Of a DNA stretch of 53,953 nucleotides, positions 25,328 through 33,451 are shown piece after piece. Positions within the stretch are counted from its first letter, which is position 1; the number at the start of each line of letters is the position of its first letter. Below the pieces are notes generated by a model. The model was not told where the DNA came from, ran no database searches, and worked only from the letters and a program-made list of their open reading frames with translations. A program made the translations under genes and the position numbers. The DNA is from a virus (taxonomy: Duplodnaviria > Caudoviricetes), in IMG/VR virus record IMGVR_UViG_3300021138_001458, positions 1-53,953 of that record, one strand, 5' to 3'.

Positions 25328-26707
25328 TTACTTTGACAATTCAAAAAACTTCTGTTGTAAATAATTCTTTTCCTGTGCACTAAAGTTAATTCCTGTTTTT
25401 TGAGGAGCCCCCCCTTGTGAACCTTCAGTCGCAATCAAATCTTCATCCATCTCAGAAGCTTCTATATCTATGTGACCATTATCAGTGTTGACCTTTGCTT
25501 GATAAGTCATACCATCAGATCCATACCTATTTTTCATGATGTGGATTCTTCCTGTCTTATTTACCTTATCCTGTCTTTTTCTTGATAAAGACATCGCAAA
25601 GTCAGCAATCATAATCTTATTATAAGACCCTGCTGCCTTGTCTCCTTCAATAACATCATCTTTCGCTCCTGCTCTATTAACCTGAGAAACAGTCCAGATT
25701 GGAATCTTAAGCTCTCTTGCCATCCCCTTGGTGGACATATAAATATCGTCTATCTCGTCTTTCTTGTCTATAGATTTTCTCTTTGATTTTAGTAGATCTA
25801 CATAGTCAATAATAACGAGATCTGGGGGATGTCCTAGATCTGTGCACTTTCTTATATGGGCTTCAATCGTAGAGATGCTTGCTTTTCCCATTGGATACTC
25901 CTTGATGATAAGCTTCCCTGTTAAACCTGCTACTGCCTGCTCAACTGCCTCTCTGTGTAAATGTATTTCTTTTACTGGTAATCCTGTAAAGATGGAGTCG
26001 TACCTTCTACCTATATAATCCTCAGCTAACTCCAGAGTGTAGTGATTAACTGTGTACCCTAGCTTTACTGCAGTTGCTCCAAGGTTAGATAACATCCAGG
26101 ATTTACCTCCTCCTGGACCTCCAAATATAAGTCCTACGTCACCTCTTCCAAGACCTCCCATCAAGAGCTCGTTAATATGATCCCAAGAAGTTGGGATTGG
26201 TCCTCTCTCTTCTGCTCGATATCTAGTTTCAACATCCTTATCGTACTCATGTCCAATATTCTTATCTTGTCCTGCTTTTAGAGCAGAGTCCATTACGTAC
26301 CTGATATCATCATACTGCCCTCCATCAAGGAGATCTGGTAATAGTAGAATTGCTTTTTTTAGCTGCTGGTTTCTACAAAAATTAGAAAATTCCTGCTCAA
26401 TATACTCCCTATCCTCGTTAGAAGCTTTATAAGCCTCTTTTAACTGATCAATAACAGATACCTTTAATACATCATTTTCTATCTTCTTGACTTCAACCTG
26501 CAAAGAATCTAGAGTTGGAGTTGCATGATACTTATAGTGATATCTCAAGATCTCCTCAACAATCCATTTATGTGCTGGATTATCGAAGTAGGATTCGTCT
26601 AGGATATCGTGAATATTCTGTAAAAATTCTCTATGCTTTAGTAAACTGGATAGTACTTTAACTTGGAAGCCTATCCCGTAATTTTGTAACTGATTCAAAA
26701 CTGCCAT
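25328..26707 (-). CDS. DnaB-like replicative helicase (T4 gp41-like)
   Basis: Walker A GGPGGGKS, TLEL, IIDYVDL, SQVNR and KNRYG motifs. Confidence 0.92.
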   Translation of the reverse strand: MAVLNQLQNYGIGFQVKVLSSLLKHREFLQNIHDILDESYFDNPAHKWIVEEILRYHYKYHATPTLDSLQVEVKKIENDVLKVSVIDQLKEAYKASNEDREYIEQEFSNFCRNQQLKKAILLLPDLLDGGQYDDIRYVMDSALKAGQDKNIGHEYDKDVETRYRAEERGPIPTSWDHINELLMGGLGRGDVGLIFGGPGGGKSWMLSNLGATAVKLGYTVNHYTLELAEDYIGRRYDSIFTGLPVKEIHLHREAVEQAVAGLTGKLIIKEYPMGKASISTIEAHIRKCTDLGHPPDLVIIDYVDLLKSKRKSIDKKDEIDDIYMSTKGMARELKIPIWTVSQVNRAGAKDDVIEGDKAAGSYNKIMIADFAMSLSRKRQDKVNKTGRIHIMKNRYGSDGMTYQAKVNTDNGHIDIEASEMDEDLIATEGSQGGAPQKTGINFSAQEKNYLQQKFFELSK

Positions 26708-26745
26708 AATCTTCCTTTATTATAATATAGGTAACTTTTTTTAGT

Positions 26746-27771
26746 TTAGCAACCTTTATTCTTAAACACCTTGAGGTTGCTGAAGGTATCGTGTAGCCAC
26801 ATTTGTGGATTTGTAATACTTCCTCCCAACATATCCTCATTGTACAACTTTATAAAAGCTGCCGAGTGTAGTTCATTTTTTGGATTTTCTAAGACCTCCT
26901 GTATAACTGCTTGATCTTCAATAGGAATATTCGGATTACTTAGATCCATTAATAACTTATTTATTTTAAGCTGATGTGCGAAGTTCGTAACATTAGTATA
27001 CACTCCTGTCTTTCCCTCAGCCTGTTCCAGTATTGTCTCTAAACTAATCACCTCTTCTTTGGCAATATCTGGAAATTTCTTTAACATCGTCTTCAAGCCA
27101 AGCCCCTGTACTCCTGGTACATTGTCAGACTTATCTCCTAATAAAATCTTCTGGATTAGGAAATTCTGAGCTGGTAGTCCGTACTCCTCCTTTACACTCT
27201 TTTGAGTATAGAATTTTTTCTTGATTGGAGAAAATACTGTAATTCGATCTGATACTAGCTGCAGGTAGTCCTTATCTGAGGAGTATATTACGACTTCCTC
27301 TTTTAGAGTTTTTGCAATATGCCCAATGACATCATCAGCCTCAATCTTATCAATTATAAGAAGATCTACAGGAAGGCATTTTAAATAGGAAATAAGACGT
27401 ACGATTTGATCTGTAATTGAATCAGACTCCTCCTCCTGAGAATCAAAGGCATCCCAGTTACTAATCTTAGAAATCTTACGATTTGCTTTGTATTCAGGAT
27501 ATAAATATCTCTTATTAGTTGATCCTCCGTGTCCATCAAACACCAGAATAACTCTTGTTGGTTGTATTAATCTTATTGCGTGTCCAATAGATTTTAAATA
27601 TCCAGCTAAACCTCCAATATGATTTCCATGTGGATTTAGGTGGTGTATCATAACAAAACTACGTAGAAAGGTATTTAGGGAGTCCACTATAAGAACTTTG
27701 CTGTTTCTGTGTAATGGCTCCTGTTTAGCTTCTTTTAGATTGCTAAATAATGCTTGAAATTCTTTGTTCAT
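26746..27771 (-). CDS. 5'-3' exonuclease / flap endonuclease (T4 RNase H-like)
   Basis: IVDS, VFDG, YPEYKANR, EADDVI, SSDKDY and GDKSDNVPGV.G.G.KT motifs. Confidence 0.92.
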   Translation of the reverse strand: MNKEFQALFSNLKEAKQEPLHRNSKVLIVDSLNTFLRSFVMIHHLNPHGNHIGGLAGYLKSIGHAIRLIQPTRVILVFDGHGGSTNKRYLYPEYKANRKISKISNWDAFDSQEEESDSITDQIVRLISYLKCLPVDLLIIDKIEADDVIGHIAKTLKEEVVIYSSDKDYLQLVSDRITVFSPIKKKFYTQKSVKEEYGLPAQNFLIQKILLGDKSDNVPGVQGLGLKTMLKKFPDIAKEEVISLETILEQAEGKTGVYTNVTNFAHQLKINKLLMDLSNPNIPIEDQAVIQEVLENPKNELHSAAFIKLYNEDMLGGSITNPQMWLHDTFSNLKVFKNKGC

Positions 27772-28156
27772 TTACCTTTCGTTTTTGTTGTGCGATAGGA
27801 TTAGCCAGCCTATCCTGTATTCTCTCTCGAACTAATTGTGTAGCTGCTTCAGGAGGACAATACTGTCCCATTAAATGAATAGGCACTCCGTCCCAAGAGC
27901 TTTCATAGTTTTGCACATTAAATCCACGAGCTATACATTCTGTATAAAGCTCTTTGTATCTCTCTTTTAAGTATCCTAATCGAGTATAGAAGAAGGATAC
28001 GTGTCCTTTACCAAGAGTAAACTCTTTTGGTGCAGTTTTTAGATTATATCTTCCTTTAGATACTACGTTCGGAACTCTCTTAAGTTCTCTGTGCTCAGCT
28101 ATCAAATGTTTGTTTGTGAGCTCTTTTGGCGGAATGCCTACATTAATCCTTGTGAT
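27743..28156 (-). CDS. denV: pyrimidine-dimer DNA glycosylase (T4 endonuclease V); start extended to ATC
   Basis: The frame reads (ATC)TRINVGIPPKELTNKHLIAEHRELKRV...FTLGKGHVSFFY...RG, matching DenV MTRIN...HL.AE.REL.R and giving 137 aa. Confidence 0.88.
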   Translation of the reverse strand: MTRINVGIPPKELTNKHLIAEHRELKRVPNVVSKGRYNLKTAPKEFTLGKGHVSFFYTRLGYLKERYKELYTECIARGFNVQNYESSWDGVPIHLMGQYCPPEAATQLVRERIQDRLANPIAQQKRKVNEQRISSII

Positions 28157-28198
28157 AGTGTTTAATTTAAGGTGTAATTTACTTTATTATATATCCTT

Positions 28199-28229
28199 TA
28201 AAGATACTCTTTTTTATTTACCAATGCAA
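28199..28229 (-). promoter_or_regulatory. Bacteroidota-type promoter for denV
   Basis: TTG(28229-28227)-N20-TATCTTTA(28206-28199). Confidence 0.6.
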
Positions 28230-28233
28230 CTTT

Positions 28234-28881
28234 TTACAAGTACTTACACTCTCCTCTCTTTATCAACCTTGTTATATAGGCCTCACTGCGATTTAGTGCA
28301 CTTGCTGCAAATCGTCGAGATCCGTAAACTGTTCCTGTAGGGAGGTGCAGCAGTTGCTTTGATTGACGCCTTGATTGTTCCGGATAAGACTGTCCCCATC
28401 TAGGGTGGTTTGCTCCACGCACTTTATTCTTAGCTGCTTCTGTTTTTTTCAGACCTGTTCTAGCTTTCACCATCTTTTGGATTGTAGCACTTGAGTGTTT
28501 TCTTCCGTACATAGGATTCTGACTTCCAATCCTTACGCTTGCCTCCAATGCATTCAGCTGCTTAGCTTCCGCATATGCCCTGCTTGATGGAGCATATCTG
28601 CCAGCTTGCCATTTATTTTTTAGATTGCAAAGTGCCCAGTAAGCGTATACTAGTTTCTGTGTACCTGGATGGATTTTGCACAATAGTCGATGACATATAA
28701 AATGTTCTTTAGCAGTAAGCAGTGTTATATTGGAGTGAGTTTTCCATTGATAAACCGATCCACCCCCTCCTAAACACTTTGGAACGATGTGGTGTGCTTC
28801 GTAGTAAACACCTTCACCTTTCCCTCTACTCTCCCTTCTAGCTCTTTCAATAATCTGATCGTAGATCCTTTGATAATTCAT
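28234..28881 (-). CDS. HNH homing endonuclease (Mob-like) with NUMOD3 repeat
   Basis: MNYQRIY..II..A, YEAHHIVPKCLGG...N...LTAKEHF.CH.LL; NPMYGRKHS. Confidence 0.9.
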   Translation of the reverse strand: MNYQRIYDQIIERARRESRGKGEGVYYEAHHIVPKCLGGGGSVYQWKTHSNITLLTAKEHFICHRLLCKIHPGTQKLVYAYWALCNLKNKWQAGRYAPSSRAYAEAKQLNALEASVRIGSQNPMYGRKHSSATIQKMVKARTGLKKTEAAKNKVRGANHPRWGQSYPEQSRRQSKQLLHLPTGTVYGSRRFAASALNRSEAYITRLIKRGECKYL

Positions 28882-29007
28882 TATAGTAAATAAAAAAGGC
28901 TCTTGGTAAATGTAAAGTACTGCAATACTTCACAAACCTTGAGCCTAATATCCTATGACTGTTGCAGCAGCCTTTTACTATAATAAATAGTGAGTTGTCT
29001 AGGATAT
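28882..29007 (-). ncRNA. structured cis-regulatory RNA leader, copy 2 (kissing-loop architecture)
   Basis: Hairpin GGCTG-CTGCAA-CAGTC; long hairpin GGCTC-AA...TGTGAAGTA-TTGCAG-TACTTTACA...AA-GAGCC plus U6; closing stem TATAGTAAA/TTTACTATA. Confidence 0.7.
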
Positions 29008-29011
29008 ACGA

Positions 29012-30091
29012 CTATTCTGATTCAGAAGCATCAAAATAATCTTTTATGTCGTTATCAGTCTCCTCCACTATCTCAAAATCTGTGGAATTTAACACCTTCA
29101 GCCAGTCTCCTGAATAGGCCTTTTTATAGTCGTCAATTGCTTTTTTGTCGTCATCTATAAAACCGTGAGCTGTCATTAAGACTTTACCGATAGAGGTTAC
29201 GTCGTTTACGTGATTCTTGTCTATAGAAATCTTGGTTCGCTTCGCAAACTCAATCTCCTTTCCATTCTTTGTAGCCTTTATTTTATTTGTACCTGAGCTT
29301 GATACATTACCAAATGTAATGACCAATGTAGCATCGAAATACATTGTGTTCCCCCCTTTATTTGCCATCCTAGGCTGTCCCATAATACTCTCAGCTTTCG
29401 CAACCCAAATCTTATTCACAGCAAGCATCGTATTGGTATACGGTTGACTTACCTTACGTGATAAAACTATTTTTTGATTGATAAAGTTACCAAACTGTTG
29501 AGACATGGCTCCTGCATTCCACTCATTGTTGTTCTTGTTAGACTCAACCGATAGACGAGATGGAATAGATCCTACAGAATCCCAAAGGAATAGTAGGTCG
29601 TAGGGTAGCCTGTTATGCTTCTGCTCATCTAGCAAGTCTGCTATAAAGGCAGCAACATCCTCAATAGTATTTAGTCTCTCTCTATCTACATAGATAAAAA
29701 ATCCTTTGTAATCTGCAATTTCTCCATCCTCATCTGCGACTTCCTCAAATTGAAGTCCCATCTGTCTTGCATGATCCCAATTCCATTTCATCTCAGTAAT
29801 AATCAAAACAGGCAAGATTCCCATCTTCTGAGCGCTTACTGCTGCTTCTAGGAGAGCGGTAGTCTTGCCTGTATCTGAGTGACCTCTTAATAAAGTTATA
29901 TGACCAATAGGAACTCCTGGTATTGATAGACATTTCTGGAAAGCTGGGGATAGGGGAATCCATTGCTGGGTTTTCATCTTTATCGATGTAGATGTAAGGT
30001 TCTTTGCTTTTAGAAAACCCTCTAAGTTAAATTCTCCCTTAATAGCTGATGTTACAGCTTGATTTAAGCTACCTCTTGTCGATTTTGCCAT
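29012..30091 (-). CDS. uvsX: RecA/UvsX-like recombinase
   Basis: G.P.GHIT.L.GHSDTGKT Walker A, WDSVG Walker B, KGG...F and KNH motifs. Confidence 0.88.
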   Translation of the reverse strand: MAKSTRGSLNQAVTSAIKGEFNLEGFLKAKNLTSTSIKMKTQQWIPLSPAFQKCLSIPGVPIGHITLLRGHSDTGKTTALLEAAVSAQKMGILPVLIITEMKWNWDHARQMGLQFEEVADEDGEIADYKGFFIYVDRERLNTIEDVAAFIADLLDEQKHNRLPYDLLFLWDSVGSIPSRLSVESNKNNNEWNAGAMSQQFGNFINQKIVLSRKVSQPYTNTMLAVNKIWVAKAESIMGQPRMANKGGNTMYFDATLVITFGNVSSSGTNKIKATKNGKEIEFAKRTKISIDKNHVNDVTSIGKVLMTAHGFIDDDKKAIDDYKKAYSGDWLKVLNSTDFEIVEETDNDIKDYFDASESE

Positions 30092-30097
30092 ATAGTT

Positions 30098-30943
30098 CTA
30101 TTTCTTTTTAAGATCAAATAAATCTTCAAATTCTTGATCAATATCAGCCTTTACTTTAGCTGGTTTGGTTTGTAGTGAATACTTCTTCTCCTCTGCTGCT
30201 ACTTCTTCCTTAATTGAAAGTGGTTTTGCAGGAGCTGTAGTGGTTGGAGTTTCCTCCTCTTCTGCATCGTCTGTAGCTTCTTCAGGGTTTAACCACTCAA
30301 GTAGAGATGCTTTCATCTCATCATAAGGATATCTCTTGAAAACAGCTAATGGATCTGGTTGGTCGTTTAACCACTTTTCTACTTGCTTTCCGTCAGTAGA
30401 TAACGGAGTTGTCTTTGTACGTACACGCACTTTTGACTGATTGAAACTAGTTCCGTTTGTTTCAGGTCCTGTAGTCTCGATTGTGATATCACGACCATCT
30501 ACTGGATCTGTGTAATCACCTACGTCCTCATCCTCTGCAATGCTAAGTAGTTCCATGTAAACTTGTTTACCAAATTCCCATAAACGAACACCCTTCTCTT
30601 CCTCTCCTCTTACAACAACAGGAGCAAATACACGCATTTTTGGCTCTAATTTCTTAGCCATAGACCAGTTTTCTTTGCTACTAGTCTGTTTTAACTGTTT
30701 AGCGAACTCCACAATCGGATCTTTCTCTCCGAAATTTACAAGAGAAATCATAGTGCCCTTACCAATACCGTAATGCATGTAGACTTCTTTGAATGGGTTT
30801 GCTTTGTCATACACGGACGGCACAATTCTCACAGAATGCTTACCTATGGCAGGCTTCCAGAAAATCTGCGACATGTCCCTCTTTTGGCCTCCTTGCTTCG
30901 TTTGCAGAGCGCCAAGCCTTGACTTAATGGCTGATAAATCCAT
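30098..30943 (-). CDS. single-stranded DNA-binding protein (T4 gp32-like)
   Basis: FWKP..G...VRIVP, DPI, GVRLWEFGK.VY, D...GRDI; acidic C-terminus; upstream of the recombinase. Confidence 0.8.
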   Translation of the reverse strand: MDLSAIKSRLGALQTKQGGQKRDMSQIFWKPAIGKHSVRIVPSVYDKANPFKEVYMHYGIGKGTMISLVNFGEKDPIVEFAKQLKQTSSKENWSMAKKLEPKMRVFAPVVVRGEEEKGVRLWEFGKQVYMELLSIAEDEDVGDYTDPVDGRDITIETTGPETNGTSFNQSKVRVRTKTTPLSTDGKQVEKWLNDQPDPLAVFKRYPYDEMKASLLEWLNPEEATDDAEEEETPTTTAPAKPLSIKEEVAAEEKKYSLQTKPAKVKADIDQEFEDLFDLKKK

Positions 30944-31021
30944 ACAAGATTTGTTTTAAAATGAAAAAATAAAAAATTTGATATTACCTCTAATATACGA
31001 CTATTATTCTAGAAATCCAAA

Positions 31022-31435
31022 TTATAAACTAACTATTTTGTGAACAGTTGTGTTTAGGCGACGTAGATCAGTGCCATTGGTAAGTAGAGCGGAATTTCTA
31101 TAATCCCCCCAGTTAATAGGGAATGTTGTATCTAACACACCGTTATTTAGGGATCTAATAAGGGTATTAAGTGAGTCGATTGTGTATAGTGTGTTTGTTT
31201 CTTTCTTTCTGTGTAGTAGGATCGTGTTTGGCAGTCTTGGAACATTACCACTCACTATCTCAATATTATAAGTACAAAGATACTCATCAGAGTCAACAGA
31301 CTCCAATATGAAGATCTTCTTATACAATACTGTATAGGTTGTTTTAATTGTGGTAAGTGTCTCCTCTAGCTTATCCTTTGTGCTGAAGGTACAAAATAGT
31401 TTATTCGCCAAATCTCCTATGTTTAGTTGTTCCAT
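31022..31435 (-). CDS. conserved hypothetical phage protein (start revised to MEQLN)
   Basis: ORF track gives 31022..31495; the TATTTAT motif at 31454-31460 favours the ATG at 31435. NKLFCTF...HRKKETNTLYTI..LN pattern. Confidence 0.7.
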   Translation of the reverse strand: MEQLNIGDLANKLFCTFSTKDKLEETLTTIKTTYTVLYKKIFILESVDSDEYLCTYNIEIVSGNVPRLPNTILLHRKKETNTLYTIDSLNTLIRSLNNGVLDTTFPINWGDYRNSALLTNGTDLRRLNTTVHKIVSL

Positions 31436-31469
31436 AACCTTTATTTCTCTTATATAAATAGTTTGTTTT

Positions 31470-32765
31470 CTATGTAAAGTCGTACGTTTCTCCAACTTTT
31501 ATTTTGACTAGGTACCCATCCTCTTCTAGGATTGATCTTATTTGCTCTAATGTTTCTTTACCATCCTCCAGTGAACAATCCACTAAAATTGAATCATATA
31601 CCACTAAAACAACCTTACTCTTTTTTTCTCGTAAAAGCTCTTTTAATTTTATTAATTTCTTAACATTGTTTACTGTCTCTAGGCACTGAATGTAGTAGTT
31701 GAACAGTTTTTGTGGGTTTGCTTTATCTTGTACTAACACTCTACCGTTTGGTAGTGTGATACTTCCTTCCTCCTTATAAGTCGTCCACATAGCCTGTATA
31801 AATTCCTCCACCTCAGCAAATAGAGGAATATGCCTAACCTCGTCTTCAACTCCGTTATACAGCTGTCTAAATGTGATTTTTTTGGATTCTTGATACTCCT
31901 CTGCAGTAAGCTCTTCTTTTCCAAAATAAAATTTACCTAGATAGGTGTGAATAGACTCTCTTGCTGGTAGCTTAACTCCGAGTAAATTTGCAATTAACCT
32001 TAAATGGTATCCATCGAAATCAAATTCTACAAACCTATCATTTCTTGGTATAAAGGCAGCTCTTGATTTATCCTTTGGTAAAGCTAGAAAGTTGATTGAA
32101 TTAAAAGCATTAGTAGGTCTTGATGTTACATTGTATAAGTTGTACTTTGTGTAGATAATCCCATCCTTAATTGAGTTAGCTTTCCAAGTAGGTTCATAGT
32201 GTTTTGCAAAGATTTTCTCATCGATTGCTATTCCTCGTTCTTCAACCCACTTATATGCCTCAATAAAACGATTTTGCCACGCTATATTCGCTTCTTTTCC
32301 TATAAGTGGTATAACTGCCTCAAACATACATTCACACCGTTCATAGTGCTTAGAAACGGGAATTAAAGTGTTTACGTTTTGAGTGTACTGAAACCTATGA
32401 TAAAAGTCTTTATGCACATTGGTATAGCAGTCAAGCACACTTAGATTTGGATAATGATCGTGGGCTGGGAAATATAGATCGGCTTGATTTGGTAAATCTA
32501 GAAAGTAGGAGTGATATTTTCCATCTAATAGGAATACTGTTTCATGCTCTGTAAGAAATTCCTGAACTTCTTCAATTGATAAACTGAAGCCCTCCGAGTG
32601 ATCTATTATTAGTATGAAGCCTTTCTCGAAATTATTATAATAAATAACCGATGCACTTGTGAGGGATGGATGAAGATCTTCTGACTTTGCTACTAGATCT
32701 ATGAAGCATTTGTTTACCTTTGGTAGCCTTTCTAGCTGCTCTTTTGTTTCAACAATAAAAAACAT
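31470..32765 (-). CDS. second, shortened family A DNA polymerase-like protein
   Basis: TSRP.N...N, motif A EFDFDGYHLRLIA, motif B SKKITFRQLYNG, NYYIQ, motif C VYDSILVD; degenerate N-terminal exonuclease; 431 aa. Confidence 0.75.
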   Translation of the reverse strand: MFFIVETKEQLERLPKVNKCFIDLVAKSEDLHPSLTSASVIYYNNFEKGFILIIDHSEGFSLSIEEVQEFLTEHETVFLLDGKYHSYFLDLPNQADLYFPAHDHYPNLSVLDCYTNVHKDFYHRFQYTQNVNTLIPVSKHYERCECMFEAVIPLIGKEANIAWQNRFIEAYKWVEERGIAIDEKIFAKHYEPTWKANSIKDGIIYTKYNLYNVTSRPTNAFNSINFLALPKDKSRAAFIPRNDRFVEFDFDGYHLRLIANLLGVKLPARESIHTYLGKFYFGKEELTAEEYQESKKITFRQLYNGVEDEVRHIPLFAEVEEFIQAMWTTYKEEGSITLPNGRVLVQDKANPQKLFNYYIQCLETVNNVKKLIKLKELLREKKSKVVLVVYDSILVDCSLEDGKETLEQIRSILEEDGYLVKIKVGETYDFT

Positions 32766-32778
32766 ACATAACTTTTCT

Positions 32779-32809
32779 TAAACATAAGGCTTTTTGATTA
32801 ATAAACCAA
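32779..32809 (-). promoter_or_regulatory. Bacteroidota-type promoter
   Basis: TTG(32809-32807)-N20-TATGTTTA(32786-32779). Confidence 0.65.
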
Positions 32810-32816
32810 CAAAAAA

Positions 32817-33449
32817 CTAAGAGGTAATAGTACCAAACTTAGCATATTCTCCGTTGATAAAGTCTAAAAGTCCGTTAAAACCTCTAGCTTTTCCTTCTGT
32901 TATTCTCTTATTTGTATCGTAAATGCCACCGTTTACTTGATACTGAGATACTCTCTGATCGTGAAGAGGTCCAGATATTTGCCATAAAAGGTCGATTGTT
33001 TCGTAATCAAGTATAGTTTGACTTGCTTGTCCACTCTTTACCAGATTCCAATCACTTGGTGATATTTCAATAATATACTGTGGACCTGTTACATTCTTAG
33101 CAAAGTATCTTGTAAAATACCCCTGAGCGTATTCAGCTTTGGTTGGTTGTGGAAAGTAAAACTTCAAAGCTGTCAAAACACCATCGCTGATCGTCGATTG
33201 AGCTGTATTCTGTTTGTTTGGAATAGGTTGACTGGTTTTTACACTTGCTTGACTGCTAGGAGCTGGTGGTGGTAGCTTAAATAATCGCTTGTTTGCTCCT
33301 TTCAAGGGATTTGCCCCTGTATAAGCTTCGTTATCGCAAGTTGTATAGTAGGTTCCTGTGTAAGGAGTTCCATCAGCAAGTACATATTCTCCTCCCCTTG
33401 TGTAAAGGTTTGGAGTTATCATTGATAGTGGATAGTATCTTATACTCAT
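32817..33449 (-). CDS. hypothetical protein (probable baseplate/virion component)
   Basis: Last gene of the tail operon; P.PT..EY..GYF.RYF and W.I.GP patterns. Confidence 0.65.
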   Translation of the reverse strand: MSIRYYPLSMITPNLYTRGGEYVLADGTPYTGTYYTTCDNEAYTGANPLKGANKRLFKLPPPAPSSQASVKTSQPIPNKQNTAQSTISDGVLTALKFYFPQPTKAEYAQGYFTRYFAKNVTGPQYIIEISPSDWNLVKSGQASQTILDYETIDLLWQISGPLHDQRVSQYQVNGGIYDTNKRITEGKARGFNGLLDFINGEYAKFGTITS

Positions 33450-33451
33450 AG

